Shown in pieces: positions 38,740 to 49,699 of a stretch of DNA of 64,000 bases (its first letter is position 1; every line of letters starts with the position of its first letter). Location of the stretch: assembly GCA_965287045.1 (NCBI GenBank), contig OZ336872.1, forward strand, positions 81,964,001-82,028,000. Direction: 5' to 3'. Position numbers and translations under genes: made by a program. The notes below the pieces were generated by a model. The model was given only the letters and a program-made list of their open reading frames with translations, was not told where the DNA came from and did not search any database. The stretch comes from Carcharhinus amblyrhynchos (taxonomy: Eukaryota).

Positions 38740-39396
38740 AATCATAGAATCCCCGCAGTGCAGAAGGAGTCCATTCAGCCCACTGAGTCTGCACTGATCA
38801 CAATCTCATCCAGGCCCTATTCCCGTAACCCAACATATTTACCCTGCTAATCCCCCCTGACATTAGGGACAATTTAGTAATCAATCAATCTAATCCGCAC
38901 ATCCTTGGACTGTGGGTGGAAACCTGAGTGCCCAGAGGAAATCCACGCAGACATGGGGAGAACACACAAATTCTACACAGACAATGACCCAAGGCTGGAA
39001 TTGAACCTGGGTCCCTGGCTCTGTCAGACAGCAGTGCTAACCACTGTGCCATCCCTTAAAGTACAATGGGATAGAATCCTTACAGTGCAGAAGAAACCAT
39101 TTGGCCCATCGAGTTTGCACTAAATTCCCTCACCCCCGTTCCATCCCTGTGACTCCACACATTTGCAATGGCTAATCCATCTAACCTACACATCTTCTGG
39201 ACACTAGGGGGAATTTAACATGGTCAATCCACCTAATCTGCACATCTTTGGCATGTGGGAGGAAAGCGGAGAACCTGGAGGAAACGCATGCAGATACAGG
39301 AGAACATGCAAACTCCACGGCCACCCAAGACTAGTATTGAACCTGGGTCCCTGGCACTGTGAGGCAGCAATGCTAACTACTGTGCTGGCGTGCCAC
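38740..39396 (-). mobile_element. Two tandem HE1-like V-SINEs just upstream of the exon 6 acceptor
   Basis: Copies at ~38740-39053 and ~39070-39396. Confidence 0.88.
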
Positions 39397-39771
39397 CCCA
39401 AGATGGTCATTGTGCCTTACAAAGTCCCAGTTGCATCACATTTACTTAACTAATGCCCTGGAGTTTGGTTCTTCTCTGCACTAAATTGAGAATGATGCAA
39501 CATTTGTCAGGTCTCACTATTTCCATATGGCAGTTGACTTGCATATGTCCAATGACTCAGCCATCAATTCTGAACACAACAGCCACTCAGGTCTATCAGA
39601 TATGTTGTACTCATGAATGGGAGGTTCTGTAACTTAAAACTTTCAAAACTGTTCAAAAACAATTCATGTGATGACTGCAGGAGCCAGTCCCCTTTATGCT
39701 GTCAAAAATACTATTGCCATAACCCTTGTGCTGACAATCTCATGCGGAATAATGGAGCTCTGGTAATAATC

Positions 39772-40063
39772 TGGGCGGCATGGTGACACAGTGGTTAGCA
39801 CTGCTGCCTCACAGCGCCAGGGACCCAGGTTCAATTGCACATTCTCCCCATGTCTGTGTGGGTTTCCTCCAGGTGCTCTGGTTTCCTTCCACAGACCAAA
39901 GATGTGCAGGTTGGGTGAATTGACCATGCTGCATTGCCCCTTAGTGTGAGGAGGACTAGCTAGGGTATATGCATGGAATTAGGGGGATAGGGCTTGAGTA
40001 GGATTCTAGTCAGTGCAGACTCCATGGGCCGAATGATCTTCTTCTGCACTATAGGATTCTATG
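39772..40063 (+). mobile_element. HE1-like V-SINE
   Basis: gggcggcatggtgacacagtggttagcactgctgcctcacagcgccagggacccaggttcaatt...ggattctatga. Confidence 0.9.
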
Positions 40064-40349
40064 AAATCAAAGGCTATGATGTCACTGAGCACTCAGGTTT
40101 CAGAAGCTGGGTTAGTGAACTCTTGTTAGTTTTCAACCGAACTTGAACCTTTTACTTGTCCTGGCATCATAGTTTACGTCACACATTTTGACCAATCTTT
40201 GTTTTCTTGTTATGAGGTGCTGGGCATGAGGTTCCGAGGCTGTGGTGACACCCCAGTCTCAGGGCTGTTCCTGCAGATGGGTCACAACGTTTTGGAGGGA
40301 ACTCATTTAAACTTAGCAATGCAGTTAGTAAATATTGACCATGATAACT

Positions 40350-40600
40350 GGGGGTGGGATTGCATTGATATATTGATCCTTCACCCCTGGCAGCTAGGTT
40401 CAATTCCAACCCAGATTCAGATTCTGATATAAAAAAATCTTCTCCCTGTCAGGCCTCAAATGGTGTGAACTTCTCTATGGGATAGAAGAGACCCGAACGG
40501 AACACAAATTGGCACCAATCTGAAGGTTTCAGTTAGAGAAGCTGTGAAGATGGCTCTGAGACTTTCTCTGAGTGTGGCCCAAGCTAATGATTTGGAATTA
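40350..40600 (+). mobile_element. Possible LF-SINE-like ancient tRNA SINE
   Basis: gggatt...attgatccttcacccctggcagctaggttcaattccaacccag and acaaattggcaccaat...ttcagttagagaag resemble the LF-SINE consensus as recalled. Confidence 0.4.
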
Positions 40601-41510
40601 GTTTCCTGGACTCATTTCAATGATTGCAGGAGGTTGAAAAAAAAATCCAGATTTACTTCCATTTAATTTATCATTGGAAGATTCTTTTCTTGCCTCTCCC
40701 AGGAAGCATCATGGCACCGAGGGAGGAGTCATTTGATGTTATGCAGAAGGCACTAAAACTGCTGAGCCAGGCCAGATAGAGCTACGGTATTGTTTGACCT
40801 TTGTGTATATTCAGATTACTTGATGCTGGTATGAAGAGTGAAAAGGTTTGAGTAATTTAACTACAAAAATGTGAAGGTAGAATATATGTATAATATATGG
40901 GCTGGAGTTGCTATTATATTTAGGGAAAATGAATGACTTCACTTCAGATGATGGAGACAGCAGCACACTCCAGGCAGAGCCATTGTGTGAAACAAAAATC
41001 ATATGAGTGAATAGAGATTTATTTTGTTATAACCTCAGACATTTTGTTTTATTTTATTGAGGACTCAATGTAAAGAGTCAAATGTCGAAGTGCAGGTCAT
41101 TGGCAAGGTTGACAAAGAGTGGGGGAGAATATGAGCAAAATAAAGCTGTCATGATCAGACAATGTCAGATATAGGCCGTAAAAGTGTGAATATTGCAAAC
41201 GAAAACATGTTCCGCCATTTCAAGGCCAAAATTATAAAGGTTGGTGAAAGAAAATTCCTCAAATGTATCAGACTCTCCAAAGCCATTCGCGATTTGACAA
41301 GAAGTGGTTACTTAAGGAAAATAAACTACTGAGTGGTGCAAGGTGCACGACAACCAACTACCTGCTTAAAATCCGGTACAATAAGTTATTTCAGAGTACA
41401 CAGGAGGCGATTCTCCTCATGAAGGGAGCAGTTGCATCTGGAGAGGACCTTCACTCTCTCTCCTATATTTACCCAAGCCCTCATCCATTTTTAATACAAA
41501 GAGATTCATC

Positions 41511-41636
41511 GGCTGGAATTCTCCCATCCTGTCCACCACTGGAATTCCAGCACACAGGGTGCAGACCATGTAAAGGTCTATTGAAGTCAGGCGGGAATCT
41601 CCAGTTTTCAGGTGAGCGTGCCAGAGAATCCCACCC
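41511..41636. mobile_element. ~125 bp MITE with ATC target-site duplication
   Basis: atc|GGCTGGAATTCTC...GAGAATCCCACCC|atc. Relatives at 58017, 62189 and 63909. Confidence 0.75.
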
Positions 41637-42035
41637 ATCAAGTAAGCCTGCTGGGCTTCCTGCATGATTCACCAGGCCAAAAAGAAGCTCACCGGTGCAA
41701 AGTTGGAAAACTTCAATCCTACTCAGAGGATATTAATCTCAGGGACTTGAAAGGGGCATTAATTCTCGCAAGATCTAAAATAAGAAACCAACAAAGTCAT
41801 TTTTGAAGGCAGGAGTTGTGACAGATCCGTTACTGGAGACAAAATAGAGGAAGCAGTGACCATCCACGAGGCTCTTTCAACACCTTGTGCTGCTGCAGGG
41901 GTAGATACAGCAGTCTCCCATCTGGCAGCCCCAGGTATTGGTGACAGAGGTGGGAAGGTGAAAAACATAGCAGAAATTGACAGCACCACCCACCCCCCCA
42001 CCCCCACTGCAACCCCCGAGCATCCTGTCATGATT

Positions 42036-42359
42036 GTGGCACAGTAAGTTAGCACTGCTGCCTCACAATGCCAGGGTCACGGGTTCGATTCTAGCTAGCC
42101 TCAGGTGTCTGTCTGGGTGGAGTTTGCATGTTCTCCAAAATGTTTGCGTGGGTTTCCTCCAGGTGCTCCGGTTTCCTCCCACACTCCAGAGCTCTGTTGG
42201 TTAGGTAGATTGGTCATGCTAACTTGTCTCTAATATGGAAGTTTGGTGGGTTAGTTATAATGAAGCAGGGGTTTGGGGGAAGCGTGGAAAGCTCTTAGCA
42301 GGGTCAGTGCAGACTCGATGGGCCAAACTGCCTTCTTCTGCACTGTAGGGATTCTATGA
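42036..42359 (+). mobile_element. HE1-like V-SINE
   Basis: Head, V-domain and tail present. Confidence 0.88.
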
Positions 42360-45300
42360 GTTGCATGTCACTGGTGAGAAAGGACTGAGTGAGCAGTGGC
42401 TGGCCAGGGAAAGGCAGGAGGACATAAATCATGATTGTAAATCAGCCTTGCTGCCTCATTTTCCACGTCTCCACCACCATGGGCTGTCTAATACCGCTGA
42501 TATCCCGTGTGGCAGCCTGGAAGAAACTGGAGTCAAAGAGGTTCAGGACTTCCATTACCATGACTGCAAGAGCCCTGCAGGATATAGCACAACTCCATCA
42601 CTGCTTCCCTGGAAAATTAAAGGCTCTGACTGAGACACTCTTCAGAGAACTGCAGGTATGTTGTCCTAGACCTGGAAGATGGCGAGAATCCTGAGCGCTT
42701 ATCTCCTACTAGTGGCTCCTGCTGTTGTATTGGCACCCTTCACTTACTTCACCCATTAGAGATAAATGCCTTTAAAAACTGGGGAGACTTTAACTGAGCA
42801 TAGCTGTGGATTCCATTTAGTGATGTCTGAAATGGGTAGCACAAGTGGGGCTATTCTTTTTGGCAAATCCAAGCATCATCCCAACTTATTTTCCTTGTTT
42901 GGGATCAGTAGGCAGGGTGGATTCCGAGTTGGATCTGGTGCTTCAGAGTGAGTCCGTCACCAAGTGACTGCAAGTGTCAGGCTCTGTGGCAGCATCTCAA
43001 ATGAGCAGGGCTGATTTTAATGAGGGCAGCAGCTCTCTCACTGGGAGAATACTATGTCTGAATTCCTTCTGACCAAGTCCACGATCAGGAGGGCATGGAG
43101 TTAGGACATCAGCTACCCTTACACTTTTTTAACCAGTTCTCCCAGCCTTCCATTGATATAACTTCCTCTCAGCTGGCTTTGCATGCAATCAGTGGTGTTG
43201 AGTTGAGAATATGTCACTGTCATCGCCACAAGGCAGGCCAGAGAACTGAGATCAGCAATGGGTAAGTTTCAATTCCCCAACCCAATGGTTTGTGAGAGGA
43301 TGGAACTCCTACAGCCACTAAAACGGAGTTTAACTAATTTAGCATAAGCCACAAATTAAACGTGGAGCATCTCCAGTCTTAGACAGCTCAGCTATCCTGG
43401 AAACCAGCAAATGCCATATTTTTAAGCCAAGCCTTAGAAATCTCAGCAAGGTGGAGTCCAACCAATACGTGCTTTGAAAATAAATTGAATTGCTATTGGA
43501 TGGTTATTTCACTAAAACTCAAGGATAAGGATTTGAGTTTTCCTTCAATTTTTTAGCTTAAAACATCCTATCAATTATCACCAATTTTCTTCACAGTAGT
43601 GTTGTATTCCTGGTGAATATTTGCTGTTTTAATCATATCCTGTTCCCCTGCCACACCTCCACACTTGAGCTTGAGTTGGCAAAGCGAACCTGGGGAGAAC
43701 TTTTAGACTGAGGTCAAGCCACTGAAAAAATGAACGACCTTGAATTAATTCGTCTGTGTAATTCTCTCTTTCTCCTCGGAAAACCAGCCAAGGCTGACAC
43801 ACTTTCTCTTTTGAAGTACAGGCTGGGAATGTTTTGAAGAATCAAGCCTCCAAAATTGCCAGCCTGAAAGCTGGCAGCCGGTAGCTGAAAGAAAACTGGC
43901 CAAATGGTCTGACAGTATCTTCAATTCTGCAGTGAGCACTTCACTTTGCCTTCTCTCTTGCAGCAGACAAGTACATCTGCAAATGAATAGCTCTGCGAGA
44001 CTAGCAATTACAACTGTGCAAAGTGATTAGAGTTGCGGATCATTAGCAGCGCAATCACTCGGTTCTGATTGCTCAAGTATGTACTGACTAATCCCTTTGG
44101 CACAAGTTCAGAAAATGTCAAGTCGATCTTGATTTTCATAGTGAAAAAAATGCCACGCATGAAATCATTAATAATACTCTGTTGACTGCCTTAAACTCAA
44201 CTTATAAACCAAATGCATGCATCTCCAGAGAGGGAGTGAGATTACAATGGAAGCATCTACTATTATTATTCATTATCACTGCTATTGCTATTAGAATATT
44301 GAGAGGAAGACAGAATTAGGTCTCTTTTAGTTGTAAACAGACTTAATGAGTTTGGTTTTTAATCCACACAAAGGCCCAGGTTTTATCATAGTGGAAAGGT
44401 ATTTCCGATCTCTGTGGGGTCCTGATTGAAATCAAGCGAGAGTTCATGCATGCACGATTCCCAGGGGCACCTGGCCATTTAAATCTCCTGCTGCTTCCGT
44501 TGAAGTGGGACTTTGGTCAGCCAGGAGTGTGAAACCTGGGGTGTGCAGATTAAACCCGATAAAGACAAGGCCTGACCGTATTGGATTTGTTTAGGTAGCC
44601 CTTTTGAGAACCAAGGTATCCCCCTTTGGATAGGGTCCCGGGACAATTGAGGGAGAAGTACAGCATTCTTTAACATTGTTATAATTAAACATGATTTTGC
44701 ACTTCTTACACAAAACATCACTGACATGAACTGTCCAAGTGTCAAAGAACTGCCGTTCCCCTGCAAAGATAGGAAAGTAGTGTTCGGTTTAAATTTTTGG
44801 CCATTACAAGGATTTTCACCATGTTGTAAAGGTTCTCCATTGTGCTGAACATTTCAGCCATGGCTTTACTATCTCTGGACAATCAAGGAGAAAGTCAGCC
44901 TTAGACCCTTATTCAATAATAATATCTAGTGGAAAATTGAATTCTGTGGGATCATGAGCAATAAGCTAGGAAAGACATTGCCTGGAATGCCTCCCATTGC
45001 TTGCTGAAACTCGTGCAGGAGCTAAAACAAAGGGATAATTTGACCTTGCTTGAGAACTGCAAGAGTGCAAAATTCAGTATTAATTTAAGCATATTTGAGA
45101 GAGGAAAGAAGAAAAGAGAGTGAGGCTGGATGGAAAGTTTTACATAACGCTGGCTAAAATATGAAATATCCCAGTCTAAGGTTTATGATCCTGCTGTGCA
45201 GTATAACTAAATATTGATCACCATACTTGATTGCTTTTTGAAAAGTGTGGCCAAGGATGTTTCCTTTAACAATGAGGAGCTAGCTTCTCCTTTCTTTAGT

Positions 45301-45433
45301 TGATGACTCCTTGCAGTATCCCTAGAATTGGCATGTTTCAAAGCAAAACATTCCTGCAAAAAATAGGTGGCTGTTCATGGTAACTTGATTCCAAGCGATG
45401 TCACATTTGGCAGCTGAGTAGAGATTTGCTTAC

Positions 45434-45769
45434 CTGCCTGGCTGGTCGTGACATTGATGGAGACATACTGCTTAGGACTGGGGCTTAGCTCAGATACGCC
45501 ATTCAAAGCCTCAAGGTCGAAGGTATAATTAGTATGTGGCAGCAGATTGGTGACAAGAACTTTTGTGTATGTTAATCCAAACTGGCGGGGGATGAAATGG
45601 AGGCCACTCCCACAGACGCTGCATTTCCTGGGATCCCCCACACACTTCTTGCAGTGAACGTTGTACATAATATCATTCCTGCCACCGCTATCCCTGGGTG
45701 GGCTCCATTCCAAGGTGATGGAGGTCTCATTTGTTGCTGATATGGGATTTTCTGGTGCTGTCGGAGGTC
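45434..45769 (-). CDS. EphA-class ephrin receptor (EphA4/A5-like), exon encoding first fibronectin type III domain (equivalent of exon 5)
   Basis: Translation [42 protein letters not shown]...[37 protein letters not shown] matches EphA FN3-1. Acceptor ttag|GA, donor GCAG|gtaagc, 336 nt, phase 1-1. Confidence 0.97.
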
Positions 45770-46019
45770 CTAATATAAGGGAAAAAACAAATTGCATGAA
45801 TAATAATGGTGTCATAGTTTCCATGTACAAACAATTTCCTTTTCATTCAGATGATAGTTCCTCTAGATTCCTCATAATGGAAAGGTGATATTTCATTTTT
45901 TTTTAATATTTTGTTTTCATTACTTCATATGAACTGGCAAAAGTCCAACAATGTTGCAAGCACTGAACAGACACTCAATCCTCCAATGTGGTAGGAAGTT
46001 CACTATGTACAATATTGGT

Positions 46020-46962
46020 TTAAAGATTGATGGCATAGTGGACAATGAAGAATGTTATCTCTAATTGCAATGGGATCTTAATCAATTGGGCCAGTGGGCT
46101 GACGAATGGCAGGTGGAGTTTAACTTAGACAAATGTGAGGCGATGCATTTTGGTAGATTGAACCAGGGCAGGATTTACTCAGTTAATGGTAGGGCGTTGG
46201 GGAGAGTTACAGAACAAAGAGGTCTAGGGGTACATGTTCATAGCTCCTTGAAAGTGGAGTCACAGGTGGACAGACTGGTGAAGAAGACGTTCTGCATGCT
46301 TGGTTTCATGATCAGAACATTGAATACAGAGTTGGAATGTCTTGCTGAAGTTGTACAAGACATTGGTGAGGCCACACTTGGAATAACATGTGCAATTCTA
46401 GTCATCCTGTTATAAAAAGGATATTATTAAACTAAAAACAGTGCAGAAAAAATTTACTAGGATGCTACCAGCTCTTGATGAATTGAGTTGTAAGGAGAGG
46501 CTAGATGGATTGGGACTTTTTTCTCTGGAGCATGGGAGGCTGAGGAGTGATCTTATAAAGATCTATAAAATAAAGAGGGGCACAGATCAACTATATAGTC
46601 AATATCTTTTCCCAAAGGTAGGGGAGTCTAAAACTAGAGGGCATAGGTTTAAGGTGACAGGGGAGGGATACAAACGCATCCAGATGGGCAATTTTTTCAC
46701 AAACAGGGTGGTGAGTGTCTGGAACAAGCTGCCAGGGGTAGTAGTAGAGGCGAGTACAATTTTAATTGTACTCGCCTCTACTACTAAGCACAATCTTTTA
46801 AAAAGCATTTAGATAGTTACATGGGTAAGATGGGTATAGAGGGATATGGGCCAAATGTGGGCAGTTGGGATTAGCTTACGGGGTTTTTTAAAAAAAAGGT
46901 CAGCATGAACAAGTTGGGCCAAAGGGCCTGTTTCCAACCTGTAAACCTCTATGACTCTATAA
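46020..46962 (+). mobile_element. CR1 LINE 3' fragment (RT C-terminus and tail)
   Basis: LQWDLNQLGQWADEWQVEFNLDKCEAMHFG...KTRGHRFKV...WNKLP; tail gggccaaagggcctgtttcc...ctctatgactctat. Confidence 0.93.
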
Positions 46963-47163
46963 ATGAGAAGCCTTAAACCTGTTTGAGGCCCCATCTGCAA
47001 AACTGCTTTGCTTTGGTGTAACTGCCATTATGTTCTACTATTCAATATAAATGTACCAATCATACACAAGGGTTTGTAAAACAATAATGCAGGTTCCTTA
47101 TTTGGAGACATAACTATATACAGATAGATTTGCTTGGAGGTGAAGTATCGTATGAATGTGAGA

Positions 47164-47470
47164 TTCATAGAATCGCTATAGAGCAGAAGGAGGCCATTCG
47201 GCACTGACTGTCTGACAGAGTATTTCACCCAGGCCCTATCCCCATAAACTCACAAAATTACAATGGTGAATCCACATAACCTACACTAAGTTGGGACACT
47301 AAGGATCAATTTTGCCGTGGCCAATTCCCTAACCTACACATCTGTGGGAGGAAACCCGTGCAGACATGGGGAGAATGTGCAAACTCCACATAGACAGTGA
47401 CCCAAGGCTGAAATAGAACATGAGTCCCTGGCGTTGTGAGGCAACAATGCTAACCACTGTGCCACCATGC
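47164..47470 (-). mobile_element. HE1-like V-SINE
   Basis: Reverse-complement SINE. Confidence 0.87.
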
Positions 47471-47483
47471 TGTGCTACAGCTT

Positions 47484-47688
47484 GGGTGAGATTTCCCACA
47501 CCCCTGTGGCATGCTTTGCAGTGGTGTTGGTGGCCCACCAATGGCCAGCAGTGGGATCTTCTGGTCCCACTGCTCTCAACAGGGCTTCCCATTGTGTGCA
47601 ACCCGTCACCAGGAAACCCAGGGTAGGGGCTTGCCATCGGTGGAACTGGTAGATCTCACCAAAGGGAACAACTGGAAAATTCTGGCCC
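47484..47688. mobile_element. MITE, ~205 bp family
   Basis: GGGTGAGATTTCCC...GGAAAATTCTGGCCC. Confidence 0.7.
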
Positions 47689-49699
47689 TGATCTGTACCC
47701 TGTGACTTGCCAACTGCCTACAAGTCATGGGACTAATTTTTCCCATCCTGCTGAGGAAACGATGAAAGAAAGTTCTTTTTCAGGCATGCACCTTTAAAGG
47801 TGTATGCACATCATATCGCAGCAGCAGGTACTGTCTACATTGAGGAAAACAAGGTCTACATGCAACCTAATGGAAAGTCTGTCAATGAATCATTCCATGC
47901 TGCCACTGAAAAGATAATATTCTGTTGAAATTCCTTATCCTGAACCTGAAGATCGATGGAGCAAGAGAACTCTTCCTGACCTCAGATTAAAGCCCCGTCT
48001 ATCGCTCACTCCCCACCTTTCAGTCTTAATATGTTTCACATCCTCTTGCCTTGTTCTCCCATATTCTGTTCTTCAGACAGGCATTAACCTATTTAAAATA
48101 AATAGGCTACCGCCTGCCTAAAAATAGCACACACGGGTTTGGAGTGTGACTACATTAAGCAGACTTAATACATTTCTCAACTATCCCAAAGCACTTTGCA
48201 GACAGAGGGTTAGATCTCGCAGTTATTGATGCTTTGGAAATTATAGCTGCCATATTTGAGCCAACAAACTGGACTGAAAGAAATGACAGTTAATTTATTT
48301 TGGTGGTGTTGATTGAGGAAGGGGTACTGGCCAAGTCACCAAGAGAAATTAATATTTTCATGCACCAGTACTTTAGTGTAATAACAAGGCTATACTAAAC
48401 TGTCCAAAATATGGTCTTTGGCATCATAGGTTAAGGTGAGGATCAGTTTCTAAAATGGATATAAAAGAGTCATTGGAACTCTCCAATGAAGAATTGAGAC
48501 ATTTACCCAATGACCTAGCCAGTGGTTAGCCCTCAGTGATCTGCTAATTTTATTTCATCTTGCTGTGCTCAAATTGGGTTCTGTCTGTCCCTAAATTGAA
48601 ACACTGACAACACTTCAAAAGTAATTTGGCGCCTGGGCAGTGTTTTGGGTATGGTCTGAGGTTGCAAAAACTGCTCTATTAAAGCAGCCTGTGACTGGCA
48701 CACCACCTACCATATCAAACATTCTTACACAAGTCCCTTGCCACAATATCACTGACACACAAGGTGCATTGCAATAACTCAAAAGCTCCTTCAATAGAAC
48801 CTCACAATTTCCAAACTCACAAGCTCTACCACTTAGAAGGTCAAGGGCAGCTGATGCATGGGAACATCACTACCTGCAGGTTCCTCTCCAAGCCACACAC
48901 CATCCTGAATTGAAATTAGATTTTGTCATTCCTTCACTGTTACTGGGTGAAAATCCTTGAGTTCTCTCCCTCATAGCCCTTTAGTATAATTATATGCTCA
49001 AATTCCCCTGCAAGAATGAAAAAGAGAAAATAAGGATTTTTTTTCAAGTCAATATCTGCAATGGATTTCATCAGGGGCACAAACTGTCGACAAACTTTTG
49101 TGTATAGGATGCCGACCAATATGAATATTTTGCTACAGCAAAATTAAGTTGTATTTATAAAGGGCTTTTAACACAGTAAAATGTTCCACAGTGTTCAAAA
49201 GCGTAATTGGACAAAACAAATGACACTAAGCCAAAGAAATAGGCATTAGAAAAGGTGACCAGAAGTTTGGTCAAAATGACAGTTTTTAAACAGCATCTTA
49301 AAGGAGAAGTAAGCAGTGGAAAGGTTTGGGGAGTGGAATCCAGAGCTTAGAGTCGAGTCTAGATGATTGATGACACAATGCAAAAGGTGATGAGGAAAAT
49401 TTGGCTCTTTTTATTGCTATGAATACATATATCCCCAAGAACTATAGATGGGATTTCCCAGCTGCACTTGCCTGAAAACTGGAAAATCCTGCCTAAGGCT
49501 AATGGACCTTTGCGTGGGTCTGCCCCCACCCCCACCCTCTATGATTCTTGTAGTGAGCAGAACAGAAAAATTTCCCCCCTATATGTTTTTCAAAGATTGG
49601 AAGGACATTGAATTATTTGGATATTTTCTTGGGAGCTGACCTAGGGTTTTTTTTTAAGTTCAGAAGTTCATTTGGATTGTGAGCCAATTGCCTATTACC

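Noticed and set aside
41660-43140. Possible second Harbinger or Myb-like remnant
   Set aside because: Composition is suggestive, but I could not read any diagnostic motif.
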